The notes under the pieces are model-generated. The model had not been told where the DNA came from. It saw only the letters and a program-made list of their open reading frames with translations, and did not search any database. Positions 48,799-58,820 of a DNA stretch of 64,000 bases are shown piece after piece (position 1 is the stretch's first letter; every line of letters starts with the position of its first letter). The position numbers and the translations under genes are program-made. The DNA comes from an uncultured Rickettsiales bacterium (lineage in GTDB: Bacteria; Pseudomonadota; Alphaproteobacteria; Rickettsiales; SXRF01): positions 97,065 to 161,064 of the forward strand of contig CAZHUC010000004.1 in the NCBI GenBank assembly GCA_964535825.1. The letters are read 5' to 3'.

Positions 48799-49521
48799 AT
48801 GAAAAAGATTTTGGCTCTTACTACCCTAATAACCTTGGTTTCAGCCGCTTCACACGCCCAAATGCCGCCTCCACCGCCGCATCCTATGCGGATGATATCG
48901 GTCACTGGCGAGGCGCATGAGAGCATTGTGCCGGATCAGGCCGTGCTGAATATCTCACTGGTAAGCCGCAATATCAGCCTTCAGGAAGCCAAGCAGCAAA
49001 ATGACAAGCTGGCAGACAAGATCGTGGCTATCACCAAAGAGCTCGAAATTCCTAAAAATGATGTGGCGACGTCTAATCTCTATGTATCGCCGGAATATAA
49101 CTATGAAAATGGCCGCCAGCAGCTGAAGGGATATGCGGTGAACCGTTCCCTGCGCATTACCATGAAGAAGCTGGGTATCCATGAGGTATTATTATCCAAG
49201 GTGGTGGAAGCAGGCGTCGATCAGGTCGGTGGTGTAGAATTCGGGCTGGCAGACCCTGAAAGCCATATGCTCAAGGTGCGTGCGAAGGCGTTCGAGAATG
49301 CCAAAGCCAAGGCAGAACTGCTTGCAAAGACAGCAGGCATGACGCTGGGTAAGCCGATCTCCATTTCCCTTGGTGGTGCACAGCCACCGGTAATGCCGAT
49401 GCCTATGATGGCCAAGGCTTCACGCGGTATGGACATGGCCGAGGAAATGTCGGTTGCGCCTAGCCTGCCGGGCATGAGCACGATCAGCGAAACCGTATCC
49501 GTAACCTTTGAGCTTGAATGA
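48799..49521 (+). CDS. SIMPL (DUF541, YggE/BP26-like) periplasmic protein
   Basis: Signal peptide; ISVTGE..PD and TxNLYVSPEY motifs; terminal VxVTFEL. Confidence 0.88.
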   Translation: MKKILALTTLITLVSAASHAQMPPPPPHPMRMISVTGEAHESIVPDQAVLNISLVSRNISLQEAKQQNDKLADKIVAITKELEIPKNDVATSNLYVSPEYNYENGRQQLKGYAVNRSLRITMKKLGIHEVLLSKVVEAGVDQVGGVEFGLADPESHMLKVRAKAFENAKAKAELLAKTAGMTLGKPISISLGGAQPPVMPMPMMAKASRGMDMAEEMSVAPSLPGMSTISETVSVTFELE

Positions 49522-50075
49522 TGACCCTTGCTATTGAACCATGGCAGCCCGGTAACGAAGAGCATCGTAAGGCATTCGCAGACATTAACAGCGAGTGGCT
49601 AAACGAATTCTTCCGTATTGAAGAAACCGACGCGGCCATGTTCCAAGACCCGCAGGGTTATATCATCGATAAGGGGGGCATTATTTTATTTGCTCGCGAA
49701 GGTGATGAGTTGCTTGGCACTGTGTGTCTGTTCCCGATCGGTGATGGTGTATTCGAGCTGGGCAAGATGGGCGTGCGGAAGAACACGCGCGGCAAAGGTA
49801 TCGGCCGGATACTGGCGGCAGAAGCCATTATCTGGGCGCGTCGTAAAGGCATTCCAAAACTCTATATCGCCAGCAACCGTAAGCTGGAGCAGGCGATTGG
49901 TCTATACAAATCCCTGGGGTTCATTGAGCTCACAGAAAATAATGATCCGCGCTACGCACGCTGCGATATTACGCTGGAGCTTGACCTGTCGCCCAAAGAG
50001 ATCGGTGGTCGTAAAGGCCCAGACCCTGTGCGTTACGGCGACTGGGAAAACGCCGGCAAGTGCGTGGATTTTTGA
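49518..50075 (+). CDS. GNAT N-acetyltransferase fused to C-terminal DUF1674/SDHAF4 peptide
   Basis: GNAT motif A RGKGIGRILA and LYKSLGF; tail KEIGGRKGPDPVRYGDWENAGKCVDF matches the SDHAF4 signature GGxxGxEPTRYGDWExxGRxxDF. Confidence 0.88.
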   Translation: MMTLAIEPWQPGNEEHRKAFADINSEWLNEFFRIEETDAAMFQDPQGYIIDKGGIILFAREGDELLGTVCLFPIGDGVFELGKMGVRKNTRGKGIGRILAAEAIIWARRKGIPKLYIASNRKLEQAIGLYKSLGFIELTENNDPRYARCDITLELDLSPKEIGGRKGPDPVRYGDWENAGKCVDF

Positions 50076-50077
50076 TT

Positions 50078-50641
50078 ATGGCAGATAAGAAACGCGACAT
50101 CTGGTTTGTGATTAATGCCTTTACCGTCGGTCTGGTGGTGCTGGCTGTGATGCATAGCCTTAAACCTTATTTTGAGCCACCAGATCCGATGAAACCTCAG
50201 ATCATGGATTATGCCGCTACACTCAGGGTAATGGAAGCTGATGCTGTTCCAGCCTTGCTGAAAAGCAAGAACGGCAAGCCGACCTTCATGGTGTTGTATG
50301 CTTCATGGTGCGGCTATTGTCGCGCGAAAATGCCGGAGATCATAAGTCTGATGCGTGAGGGCAAGCTGGCTCACGTCAATATGCTGTTCCTCTCGCGCGA
50401 TAAAAGTCCGATGGAACTTTCGACCTATCTGGTGCATTCCGGGTTTTATACGGATATTGACCCCATTATCGCCAAAAGCAATTTCCTGAATCCGCTGAAT
50501 GATGCGCTGGCTGTGCTGGGTAGTGAATATAGGGGATCGGTGCCATTCATGGAGCTTTATGATGCCGGGGGTAAGGCGGTGCGGCAAATACCACACAGCA
50601 GCTCAAAAAATGAGATACTGGAGGCTACAGAATCCCTTTAA
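50078..50641 (+). CDS. Membrane-anchored thioredoxin-like protein (TlpA-type)
   Basis: N-terminal TM segment and ASWCGYC CxxC motif. Confidence 0.85.
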   Translation: MADKKRDIWFVINAFTVGLVVLAVMHSLKPYFEPPDPMKPQIMDYAATLRVMEADAVPALLKSKNGKPTFMVLYASWCGYCRAKMPEIISLMREGKLAHVNMLFLSRDKSPMELSTYLVHSGFYTDIDPIIAKSNFLNPLNDALAVLGSEYRGSVPFMELYDAGGKAVRQIPHSSSKNEILEATESL

Positions 50642-50796
50642 TATGTGCCATTTAAGCATCTGATTATAAATAAATATACCACAGGGGCGTTTTGGGCGGA
50701 ATATTCCCAAGGAAATGATTGATTTAGTCCCCTCCATGCAGTAATGCATCTGTCGAAGTTTTTTCTTAATAAAACAACATTTTCAAGGAGTAACAC

Positions 50797-52872
50797 ATGT
50801 CTGTAATGACATTCATTATTCTCTGTGGGGTTGCCTCGTTGCTGTACGGTATATTTGCCGGACGGTCAATCATGGCTGCGCCTTCAGGGTCTGATCGTAT
50901 GAAAAATATTGCTGCCGCCATTCAAGAAGGCGCGCGTGCGTATCTCAATCGCCAGTATCGCACCATCGCTATGGTCGGTGTGGTGATTGGTATCTTTATC
51001 TCTATGCAGCTCGGCTGGTATGTGGGCGTTGGCTTCGCTATCGGCGCGGTTTGCTCTGGTATCGCGGGCTACATCGGTATGAACATCTCTGTTCGTGCTA
51101 ACGTGCGCACAGCGGAAGCAGCGCGTTCCGGCCTGCAGCCTGCCCTCACCATCGCGTTCAAATCTGGCGCGGTGACCGGTATGCTTGTAGTAGGTCTCGG
51201 CCTGCTCGGTATTGCGCTGTATTACATGATGCTCCAGGATATGGGGCTTGATACACGCAAGATCGTGGAAGCGCTTGTTGCCCTTTCTTTCGGTGCATCG
51301 CTGATCTCCATCTTCGCCCGTCTGGGTGGTGGTATCTTCACCAAAGGTGCGGACGTAGGTGCTGACCTTGTTGGTAAGGTTGAAGCGAACATCCCCGAGG
51401 ATGATCCACGCAACCCTGCCGTTATCGCCGACAACGTGGGCGACAACGTGGGTGACTGCGCGGGTATGGCAGCTGACCTTTTCGAAACCTATGTGGTAAC
51501 ACTCGTTGCCACCATGCTCCTTGCCGCTATCTACTTCACTGGCGAAGCGCAGGCGAACATGATGCTTTATCCTCTGGCTGTTGGTGGTGCGTGTATCCTC
51601 ACCTCCATCATCGGCACGTTCTTCGTGAAGCTTGGTAAAGGCCGCAATATTATGGCGGCACTTTACAAGGGCCTTCTCTGGAGCGCGGGTCTGGGTGCTG
51701 TTGCGATCTATTTCGTGACCGACCACCTGATCGGCATCAGCACGGAATACAACGTGGGTGAAATGGTATTTACCGGCCGCTATGTATTCTATTGTGCTTT
51801 GGTTGGTCTGGCTGTAACCGGTGCGCTGGTATGGCTCACTGAGTACTACACCTCCACCAAGTTCCGCCCTGTTCGCAGCGTGGCACAGGCTTCAACCACT
51901 GGTCACGGCACGAACGTGATTCAGGGGCTGGCTGTTTCCATGGAAGCAACGGCTCTGCCAGCACTCGTTATCTGCGCTGGTATCATTGTACCGTTCCTGC
52001 TCTGTGGTCTGTTCGGTATCGCTGTTGCGGCAACCACCATGCTGGCACTTGCCGGTATCGTTGTGGCGCTTGACGCATATGGCCCTGTGACCGACAACGC
52101 TGGCGGTATTGCTGAAATGTCTGAAATGCCAAAGGACGTCCGCGAGACCACAGACGCACTCGATGCAGTTGGCAACACGACCAAAGCAGTAACCAAAGGT
52201 TACGCGATCGGTTCTGCTGCGCTTGCATCACTGGTGTTGTTTGCGGCGTACACGGAAGACCTGAAGCACTATTTCCCAGACCTGAACGTACAGTTCCTGT
52301 TGTCTGATCCATATGTTGTGGTGGGTCTCCTGATCGGTGGTATGCTCCCGTACCTCTTTGGTGCGATGGGCATGCAGGCTGTGGGCCGTGCTGCTGGCTC
52401 TGTGGTGGTGGAAGTTCGCCGCCAATTTAAGGAGATTCCGGGCATCATGGCGGGCACTGCAAAGCCGGATTACGGCCGTGCAGTTGACATGCTCACCAAA
52501 GCTGCGATCAAGGAAATGATCATTCCTTCGCTGCTGCCGGTGGCATCACCTGTTGTGCTGTATTTCGTTATCAGTTCCTTCGCGGGTCAGGAGCAGGCAT
52601 TTGCTGCTCTGGGCGCGATGCTCCTTGGTATCATCGTAACCGGTCTGTTCGTGGCGATCTCCATGACAGCAGGTGGCGGTGCTTGGGATAACGCCAAGAA
52701 ATACATCGAAGAAGGCCATCATGGTGGTAAAGGTTCAGATGCTCATAAAGCAGCTGTGACCGGTGACACTGTGGGTGATCCATATAAGGACACCGCTGGT
52801 CCTGCCGTGAACCCGATGATCAAGATCGCCAACATTGTTGCGATCCTGCTCCTCGCGCTTCTGGCGCACTAA
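50797..52872 (+). CDS. hppA: Membrane-bound H+-translocating pyrophosphatase, K+-independent type
   Basis: [20 protein letters not shown] and [10 protein letters not shown] motifs; GNTTKA has Lys at the position that determines K+ independence. Confidence 0.96.
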   Translation: MSVMTFIILCGVASLLYGIFAGRSIMAAPSGSDRMKNIAAAIQEGARAYLNRQYRTIAMVGVVIGIFISMQLGWYVGVGFAIGAVCSGIAGYIGMNISVRANVRTAEAARSGLQPALTIAFKSGAVTGMLVVGLGLLGIALYYMMLQDMGLDTRKIVEALVALSFGASLISIFARLGGGIFTKGADVGADLVGKVEANIPEDDPRNPAVIADNVGDNVGDCAGMAADLFETYVVTLVATMLLAAIYFTGEAQANMMLYPLAVGGACILTSIIGTFFVKLGKGRNIMAALYKGLLWSAGLGAVAIYFVTDHLIGISTEYNVGEMVFTGRYVFYCALVGLAVTGALVWLTEYYTSTKFRPVRSVAQASTTGHGTNVIQGLAVSMEATALPALVICAGIIVPFLLCGLFGIAVAATTMLALAGIVVALDAYGPVTDNAGGIAEMSEMPKDVRETTDALDAVGNTTKAVTKGYAIGSAALASLVLFAAYTEDLKHYFPDLNVQFLLSDPYVVVGLLIGGMLPYLFGAMGMQAVGRAAGSVVVEVRRQFKEIPGIMAGTAKPDYGRAVDMLTKAAIKEMIIPSLLPVASPVVLYFVISSFAGQEQAFAALGAMLLGIIVTGLFVAISMTAGGGAWDNAKKYIEEGHHGGKGSDAHKAAVTGDTVGDPYKDTAGPAVNPMIKIANIVAILLLALLAH

Positions 52873-52880
52873 TTGTAAAA

Positions 52881-52954
52881 TGTCATGGTCGGGCTTGACC
52901 CGACCATCCATCTGATAAACAGTATGGATCCTCGGCTCAAGGCCGAGGATGACA
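52881..52954. repeat. REP-like double-hairpin element (GTCAT...GATGAC family)
   Basis: GTCATGGTCGGGCTTGACCCGACCATCCA-14 nt-TGGATCCTCGGCTCAAGGCCGAGGATGAC with terminal inverted repeats. Confidence 0.8.
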
Positions 52955-52961
52955 AGATAAC

Positions 52962-52990
52962 GAAAAGGCCGCCTCCGGGCGGCCTTTTTT
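52962..52990 (+). terminator. Rho-independent terminator after hppA
   Basis: AAAAGGCCGCC-TCC-GGGCGGCCTTTTTT GC-rich hairpin followed by a U-tract. Confidence 0.85.
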
Positions 52991-53050
52991 ATTGACTGAC
53001 TTCTTAGAGAAATTAACATGTGCAAATAATTCAACATCAGGAGAACAAGA

Positions 53051-53458
53051 ATGGCTAAACATGCTCCCAGCAGAACAACCACAGCACTTGCTGCAGTATT
53101 AGCGACAGCATGCACGTCGCCGACCCATGATAATCTACACGGTTCACAAGAGCAGAATATACGGATCGGTGGGTTAGTGCTTAATCCTGTCAGCTTTGAA
53201 ATAAAGGTTTTAGCGGTTGCATACGAGATAGAAGCAGCACTGGAAAAAGGTGATAATTACAATGTACATACGGAAGAACTGAAGACTTTGGCAAAAGCGT
53301 ATCAACAATTTTCTCCAGAGGCCATCGAGAGCATTGATAAACGGATACATGGTTGGGCGCAGCAAACCACTAACAGACCGCATCTGGACAAGGCAATGGT
53401 CATTATCCAGGAGATATTCGATAAGGAAAAATTCAGGCAAGCATCGCCTGTACGCTAA
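53051..53458 (+). CDS. Hypothetical protein, possible lipoprotein (135 aa)
   Basis: AGGAG RBS; basic N-terminus, weak hydrophobic core, LATA-C lipobox-like site; flanked by duplicated terminators. Confidence 0.7.
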   Translation: MAKHAPSRTTTALAAVLATACTSPTHDNLHGSQEQNIRIGGLVLNPVSFEIKVLAVAYEIEAALEKGDNYNVHTEELKTLAKAYQQFSPEAIESIDKRIHGWAQQTTNRPHLDKAMVIIQEIFDKEKFRQASPVR

Positions 53459-53473
53459 GGCTTATTAAACAAT

Positions 53474-53503
53474 GAAAACGCCGCCTCCGGGCGGTTTTTT
53501 TTT
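53474..53503. terminator. Terminator hairpin, near-copy of 52962-52990, probably bidirectional
   Basis: AAAACGCCGCCTCCGGGCGGTTTTTTTTT between convergent genes. Confidence 0.8.
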
Positions 53504-53921
53504 ATATCAGGTGATAACCGTAAGCAACGACCAGACCGGCGACGATCAATGGCAGTGCAAGGCGCAGGGGTATCTTCACCATGCCAGCCAGCACCACGAA
53601 CAGGTTGAACAGTGGCATCCAACTTACCAGCAGTACGAACACACCGTATTTTACAAAGAATCCGCGCATCTTAAGTAACGTGCCGGATACGTTCTGGCCG
53701 GTGGCAGCGGCGCGCTTGGCGATGAATGTACCTACAACATAATTGAAGAATTGTCCGATCGTTGCACCTGCAACAGCACAGACGCATGCCAGCGGCATGG
53801 AGTAACCACCCATGCCTTCATTGGTAAAGCTTTTCATGGCAAAGAACGTCGGTTCTGTTCCGCCTGGAATGACACTTGCCACCCAGGCTGATTCCAGCAA
53901 GACGTTCAGATATTCATTCAT
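53502..53921 (-). CDS. YqaA-like DedA/VTT family membrane protein
   Basis: ASVIPGGTEP, GATIGQFFNYVVG and LLVSWMP motifs. Confidence 0.75.
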   Translation of the reverse strand: MNEYLNVLLESAWVASVIPGGTEPTFFAMKSFTNEGMGGYSMPLACVCAVAGATIGQFFNYVVGTFIAKRAAATGQNVSGTLLKMRGFFVKYGVFVLLVSWMPLFNLFVVLAGMVKIPLRLALPLIVAGLVVAYGYHLI

Positions 53922-53922
53922 G

Positions 53923-54900
53923 TCAGGATTTGCGTTCTACCACGAAGCGTGCCAGCGCGCGCAGGTGGTCGGCTTTTTTGTCGAACACATCAAGATGCGA
54001 GATGGCCTGCTTGCTGAGGATCTGCGCATGTTCGCGCGCGCGTTCTACACCCATGCTGGCAACCAGCGTTGCTTTGCCGGCGATCTTGTCTTTGCGCACG
54101 CCTTTACCCAGCTTGGTACGCGTGCCTTCAACGTCGAGCAGATCGTCGGTGATCTGGAATGCAAGGCCCATATCGTGCGCGTAAGCACGCAGCAGTTTGC
54201 GCATCATAGTGGGTGCTTTGCCAAGGATAGCACCGGCTTCACAGGACACAGCGAATAATTCGCCGGTCTTCATGCGTTGCAGGCGGATGATCTCATCCAG
54301 CGAGAGTTGTTTGTTTTCGGCTTCCATATCCATCATCTGGCCGCCCACCATGCCCCAGCAGCCGGCCGCCTGTGCCAGTGCCGCGATGAGTTCGCAGCGC
54401 ACAGAAGGGTCAGCGTGGGTACGCGGGTTTGCCAGTATCTGGAAGGCATAGGCCTGAAGTCCGTCACCTGCCAGAATGGCGGTGGCTTCGTCGAAGGCTT
54501 TGTGACAGGTTGGTTTGCCACGGCGCAGATCGTCGTTATCGAGCGCGGGCAGATCGTCATGGATCAATGAGTAGGTATGAATGAATTCAATGGCAGCTGC
54601 AGTATCCAGCGCAGATTCATAGGCCACGCCGAACAGGCGGCTGGCGCAGACAGTAAGGAATGGGCGCAGGCGCTTACCACCGGAAAGTGCGGCATAACGC
54701 ATGGCTTCCAGAACACGTTCTTCACCTTCGACACTATCTGGCTCAACGACCGGTACAGCCTTAGGGCTGAGGGGAATCACGGTCGTATTATATTGCTCTG
54801 CTGCCTTGAGTAGTTCGGCGATACGGTTTTGCAGGCTATCGGCAACGGAGCGCAGCGCCTCGTCTAGATCATCGGGGAATCTTGCGTGCATGGGGATCAT
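53923..54900 (-). CDS. ispA: Farnesyl diphosphate synthase / geranyltranstransferase
   Basis: GGKRLRP, DDLPALDNDDLRRG, KTGELF and FQITDD motifs; follows xseB. Confidence 0.95.
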   Translation of the reverse strand: MIPMHARFPDDLDEALRSVADSLQNRIAELLKAAEQYNTTVIPLSPKAVPVVEPDSVEGEERVLEAMRYAALSGGKRLRPFLTVCASRLFGVAYESALDTAAAIEFIHTYSLIHDDLPALDNDDLRRGKPTCHKAFDEATAILAGDGLQAYAFQILANPRTHADPSVRCELIAALAQAAGCWGMVGGQMMDMEAENKQLSLDEIIRLQRMKTGELFAVSCEAGAILGKAPTMMRKLLRAYAHDMGLAFQITDDLLDVEGTRTKLGKGVRKDKIAGKATLVASMGVERAREHAQILSKQAISHLDVFDKKADHLRALARFVVERKS

Positions 54901-55142
54901 TCTGGGTCAAAGGATTTTGTGGTTAATGAGCCATCCGGTGCTTTCAGGATGGATTCAACTTTAAGACGTGCGGCCTTGAGTTTTTCTTCGCAGTAAGCCT
55001 TAAGCTCAGTGCCGCGTACATAATCATTGATAGAGGCTTCAAGGTCGCCCGAACCGGATTCCAGTTTACGGACAATGGCTTCCAGATCCTTCAAGGCATC
55101 TTCAAAAGATTGTGTATCGGGTTTAGCAGCGGCTTTTGTCAT
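54897..55142 (-). CDS. xseB: Exodeoxyribonuclease VII small subunit
   Basis: SFEDALKDLEAIVRKLESG..DLEASI motif. Confidence 0.95.
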   Translation of the reverse strand: MTKAAAKPDTQSFEDALKDLEAIVRKLESGSGDLEASINDYVRGTELKAYCEEKLKAARLKVESILKAPDGSLTTKSFDPE

Positions 55143-55184
55143 AGGCTAACGATTGTATGCAAGATAGCGGTATGGGGCAAGTAA

Positions 55185-56582
55185 TTAGTGCTTGATTGCT
55201 TTGACCAGCTCTTCCGTCATTTTCTTGGCATCACCGAACAGCATCATGGTGTTATCCTGATAGAACAGCTCATTTTCGATACCTGCATAACCTGCAGCCA
55301 TACTGCGTTTGTTGAAAATTACTGTTTTGGCAAGCCCAACGTCAAGTATAGGCATACCGTAAATAGGGCTTTGCGGGTTGTTCTTTGCGGCCGGGTTGGT
55401 AACGTCGTTCGCGCCGATCACATACACCACATCGGTGGTGGCAAAGTCGTTATTGATCTCTTCCAGCTCATGTACGCTGTCATATGGCACGTTGGCTTCT
55501 GCAAGCAATACGTTCATATGGCCAGGCATGCGACCTGCCACAGGATGTATCGCATAGCGCACCTTCACGCCTTCAGATTCCAAGGCCTGCGCCATTTCAC
55601 GCACGGCATGCTGAGCCTGAGCCACCGCCATACCGTATCCGGGCACGATGATAACAGAGGAGGCGTTCTTCATGAGGAAGGCGGCATCTTCTGCGCTGCC
55701 TGCTTTTACCGGGCGGTCTTCGCCACCACTGCTACTGGCGCTACCGCTACCGCTGTCTGAACCGAATCCACCAAATATCACGTTGATGATAGAGCGGTTC
55801 ATGGCCTTGCACATGATGTAAGAAAGGATCGCACCGGATGCACCCACAAGCGCGCCGGTGATGATGAGCAGAATGTTGCCAAGCGTGAAGCCGATACCTG
55901 CAGCTGCCCAGCCTGAGTATGAGTTCAGCATGGAAACTACCACTGGCATATCCGCACCACCGATAGGGATGATAAGCAGGAAGCCAACAGCAAATGCCAT
56001 GGCTATCATCAATATGAAGAGTATTTTAGATTCGCTGAAGCAGAACACCATCAGCACTAATAAGATGGCTGCACCCAGTGCGGCATTGAGCATATGCTGG
56101 CCAGAAAAACGGATGGGTTTGCCGGACATGATGCCCTGCAACTTAGCGAATGCGATGACAGAGCCAGAGAAGGTGATAGCACCGATAACAGCGCCAAGGC
56201 CCATTTCCATCAGGCTGCCAAAACGAATGTTTCCCGTGCTGCCAATGCCATATGATCCCGGCGACCAGAGTGCCGATGCAGCGATGAGTACAGCAGCCAT
56301 ACCCACGAGTGAGTGGAAAGCTGCCACGAGCTGTGGCATGGCGGTCATCTGGATCTTGCGGGCGACACCCGCACCGATCAATCCACCAATGACGATTCCA
56401 AAGATGATAAGCGCATAATTCTTGACCACCGGCATGGAGAAGGTGGTGGCAATGGCGATTGCCATACCGATCATGCCGTAGAGATTGCCGCGCCGTGCTG
56501 TTTCAGGTGATGAAAGGCCTTTGAGTGCCAGAATGAACAGCACCGAGGCAGACAGGTAAAGCAATATGGTAATATCGTTCAT
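55185..56582 (-). CDS. pntB: NAD(P) transhydrogenase subunit beta
   Basis: [28 protein letters not shown] and [18 protein letters not shown] motifs; true start at 56582 (MNDITILL). Confidence 0.97.
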   Translation of the reverse strand: MNDITILLYLSASVLFILALKGLSSPETARRGNLYGMIGMAIAIATTFSMPVVKNYALIIFGIVIGGLIGAGVARKIQMTAMPQLVAAFHSLVGMAAVLIAASALWSPGSYGIGSTGNIRFGSLMEMGLGAVIGAITFSGSVIAFAKLQGIMSGKPIRFSGQHMLNAALGAAILLVLMVFCFSESKILFILMIAMAFAVGFLLIIPIGGADMPVVVSMLNSYSGWAAAGIGFTLGNILLIITGALVGASGAILSYIMCKAMNRSIINVIFGGFGSDSGSGSASSSGGEDRPVKAGSAEDAAFLMKNASSVIIVPGYGMAVAQAQHAVREMAQALESEGVKVRYAIHPVAGRMPGHMNVLLAEANVPYDSVHELEEINNDFATTDVVYVIGANDVTNPAAKNNPQSPIYGMPILDVGLAKTVIFNKRSMAAGYAGIENELFYQDNTMMLFGDAKKMTEELVKAIKH

Positions 56583-56586
56583 GGCA

Positions 56587-56985
56587 TTACTTCTTTTCTT
56601 TTTTCTGGAACATGGCCAGCATGCGCTGGGTGACGATAAAGCCGCCAAAGATATTGATGGATGCGATAACGACCGCGATGAATCCAAATAAATGTGCTGC
56701 GCCGCCGCCTTCCGGGCCCATGGCGATGATCGCACCTACGATGATGATACCGGAAATGGCGTTCGTCACACTCATCAGCGGCGTATGCAGGGCAGGGGTC
56801 ACTTTCCACACCACATAATATCCCACAAAGCAGGCCAGTACGAACACGGTGAGGCCGAAGATGAACGGGTCAATGCCAGAGGTCTGCTGGATCTGCAGGT
56901 GCAGGGCATTAATGTCTTCCGCGAGCTCCGCTGCCTCTTGCGCCAGTCTTTCTGCTTTCTGGTTTACCATTGCGCTATCAAACAT
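56587..56985 (-). CDS. pntAB: NAD(P) transhydrogenase subunit alpha part 2 (membrane)
   Basis: [18 protein letters not shown] and [14 protein letters not shown] motifs. Confidence 0.95.
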   Translation of the reverse strand: MFDSAMVNQKAERLAQEAAELAEDINALHLQIQQTSGIDPFIFGLTVFVLACFVGYYVVWKVTPALHTPLMSVTNAISGIIIVGAIIAMGPEGGGAAHLFGFIAVVIASINIFGGFIVTQRMLAMFQKKEKK

Positions 56986-56999
56986 AACAGATACCTATC

Positions 57000-58112
57000 T
57001 TAAGAAAATTGTTTATGCACCACCACACCGTCTTTGCACAGCATTGTTCCAGTAATTAACTCATCATCCCATTTTACATTCAAGCCTTCTTTACTGAGCA
57101 TCAATGTGGAGATGAAATTATACAGGTTGCGCGCATAAAGCTGGCTGGCATCGGCTGCCACGCGGCTTGGCATATTGCTATAGCCGATCAGCACAACGCC
57201 GTAACGTTCTATCACCTTATCCAGTTCTGCGAGTGGGCAGTTACCACCTGCGGCAACCGCAAGGTCAACGATGACCGATCCTTGCTTCATGCCCTTCACC
57301 ATATCCTCGGTGATAAGGACTGGCGCTGGCTTCCCAGGGATCAGCGCGGTGGTGATGACGATATCATGCTTGATGATGGTATCGTGGATCAGCTGGGCTT
57401 GTTTGCGCTTGTAATCCTCGCTCATTTCCTTGGCATAACCGCCGGATGCTTCACCGCTTTCTTCCGCGGGTACTTCCACGAATTTCGCGCCAAGGCTTTC
57501 TACCTGTTCTTTAACTGCAGGTCGAACGTCGAACGCGGAAACAACTGCTCCCAGTCGTTTTGCAGTAGCGATGGCCTGAAGGCCGGCAACGCCAGCACCA
57601 AGAACCAGTGCTTTTGCAGGGGCGACCGTACCTGCCGCCGTCATCATCATCGGCACGGCTTTGCCAAGCATGGAAACAGCATCGATCACGGCACGATAAC
57701 CGGCAAGATTACTTTGCGATGAAAGCACGTCCATGGATTGTGCACGGCTGATGCGTGGCAGGAGTTCCAGGCTAAAGGCAGATATTTTTTTACTATTATA
57801 CATATCAAAGGCTTCACGGCCGCCATATGGCTCTAACATGCCGATAAGCAACGCACCTTCTTTGCATTCTGATACTATATCCTTTGCCGGTGGGCGGACG
57901 GTAAGCACAATATCCGCACCATGTGTCGGATCTGCTTCAAAGGTTGCACCAGCTGCCTGATAAGCGTCTTCAGTGAAGGATGAGCCCACGCCAGCGCCAG
58001 CCGTCACGGATACACTCGCGCCAAGGGCGACATATTTTTTTACGCAGTCCGGTGTTGCGGCAACTCTAAGTTCACCAGAAATATTTTCTTTGAGTACAGC
58101 AATTTTAACCAT
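57000..58112 (-). CDS. pntAA: NAD(P) transhydrogenase subunit alpha part 1 (NAD-binding)
   Basis: RISRAQSMDVLSSQSNLAGY, GAGVAGLQA and TALIPGKPAP motifs. Confidence 0.96.
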   Translation of the reverse strand: MVKIAVLKENISGELRVAATPDCVKKYVALGASVSVTAGAGVGSSFTEDAYQAAGATFEADPTHGADIVLTVRPPAKDIVSECKEGALLIGMLEPYGGREAFDMYNSKKISAFSLELLPRISRAQSMDVLSSQSNLAGYRAVIDAVSMLGKAVPMMMTAAGTVAPAKALVLGAGVAGLQAIATAKRLGAVVSAFDVRPAVKEQVESLGAKFVEVPAEESGEASGGYAKEMSEDYKRKQAQLIHDTIIKHDIVITTALIPGKPAPVLITEDMVKGMKQGSVIVDLAVAAGGNCPLAELDKVIERYGVVLIGYSNMPSRVAADASQLYARNLYNFISTLMLSKEGLNVKWDDELITGTMLCKDGVVVHKQFS

Positions 58113-58204
58113 GCTTCCCCTGTAGGAAATCGTGTGATTGAAGAGTCAGGTGTAACGGATTTTTACCCGAGGTGCAAAGAAGAAAATGCTAAAATTAGTG
58201 CAAG

Positions 58205-58753
58205 TTATCCGAGGCCGAGCGACATGTCCTGACCAGTGCCAACGGCAGGCGGCGAGAAACTGCCAAGTTCAGCACGGGAGATCGGAATGAAATCATAATC
58301 CGGGAAATTGGATGGATTCACCATGCCGCCCATATTTGCGGTGTTATAATCGGAAAAACCACCACCGCCAAAATCACCGCCACCACTGCCTGAGCCGCTG
58401 GCATCACCGCCAGCACCGCTGGTGTGATCGGTGATCTCACGGTTCTTGATGAAAATACTGTGTAATAGTTTTGCAATGAAGCCGCCTTGGGCATCGGGCA
58501 TGAGGCTAGGCATGATCATTTTGCCGGCAAGCCCCTCAGAGTCACCGCCCATGGCTTTCTGCAAGCCAACTTCGCCCACGTTATTAAGGTTGAGAGGAAC
58601 GCCAGTCAGCTTTGCAACTGTGTAGGTCTGTTTGCCGGAGTTATCAAATACGGCATCCATGGTGCTTTTTTCATTCGTGCCATCGCTTGCGGCATCTTGT
58701 TTGCCACGGCCGAAGCCCATATTATTGAGTTGTTGGAATATATTGTCTGACAT
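58205..58753 (-). CDS. Hypothetical Gly/Ser/Asn-rich protein with ISRAELG...MSLGLG tail (182 aa)
   Basis: Own promoter with -10 TATAAT 6 nt before the ATG; no signal peptide or TM segment; tail like 18456-18740. Confidence 0.75.
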   Translation of the reverse strand: MSDNIFQQLNNMGFGRGKQDAASDGTNEKSTMDAVFDNSGKQTYTVAKLTGVPLNLNNVGEVGLQKAMGGDSEGLAGKMIMPSLMPDAQGGFIAKLLHSIFIKNREITDHTSGAGGDASGSGSGGGDFGGGGFSDYNTANMGGMVNPSNFPDYDFIPISRAELGSFSPPAVGTGQDMSLGLG

Positions 58754-58759
58754 GCGGTT

Positions 58760-58804
58760 ATTATAGCGCTTAAACGTCTAAAGTTAAATGATATTATTGT
58801 GACA
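58760..58804 (-). promoter_or_regulatory. Direct-repeat box TGTCACAATAATATCAT plus 22-nt spacer plus -10 TATAAT (leaderless promoter)
   Basis: Box 58804-58788, -10 58765-58760, ATG 58753. Confidence 0.7.
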
Positions 58805-58820
58805 ATATTGGCTATATTCT

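Noticed and set aside
56583-56735. 51-aa N-terminal extension of PntB in the ORF track
   Set aside because: It overlaps pntAB in another frame and has no PntB-like features; the real start is ATG 56582
55185-58112. Transhydrogenase split into three genes
   Set aside because: This is the standard Rhodospirillum-type pntAA-pntAB-pntB organisation
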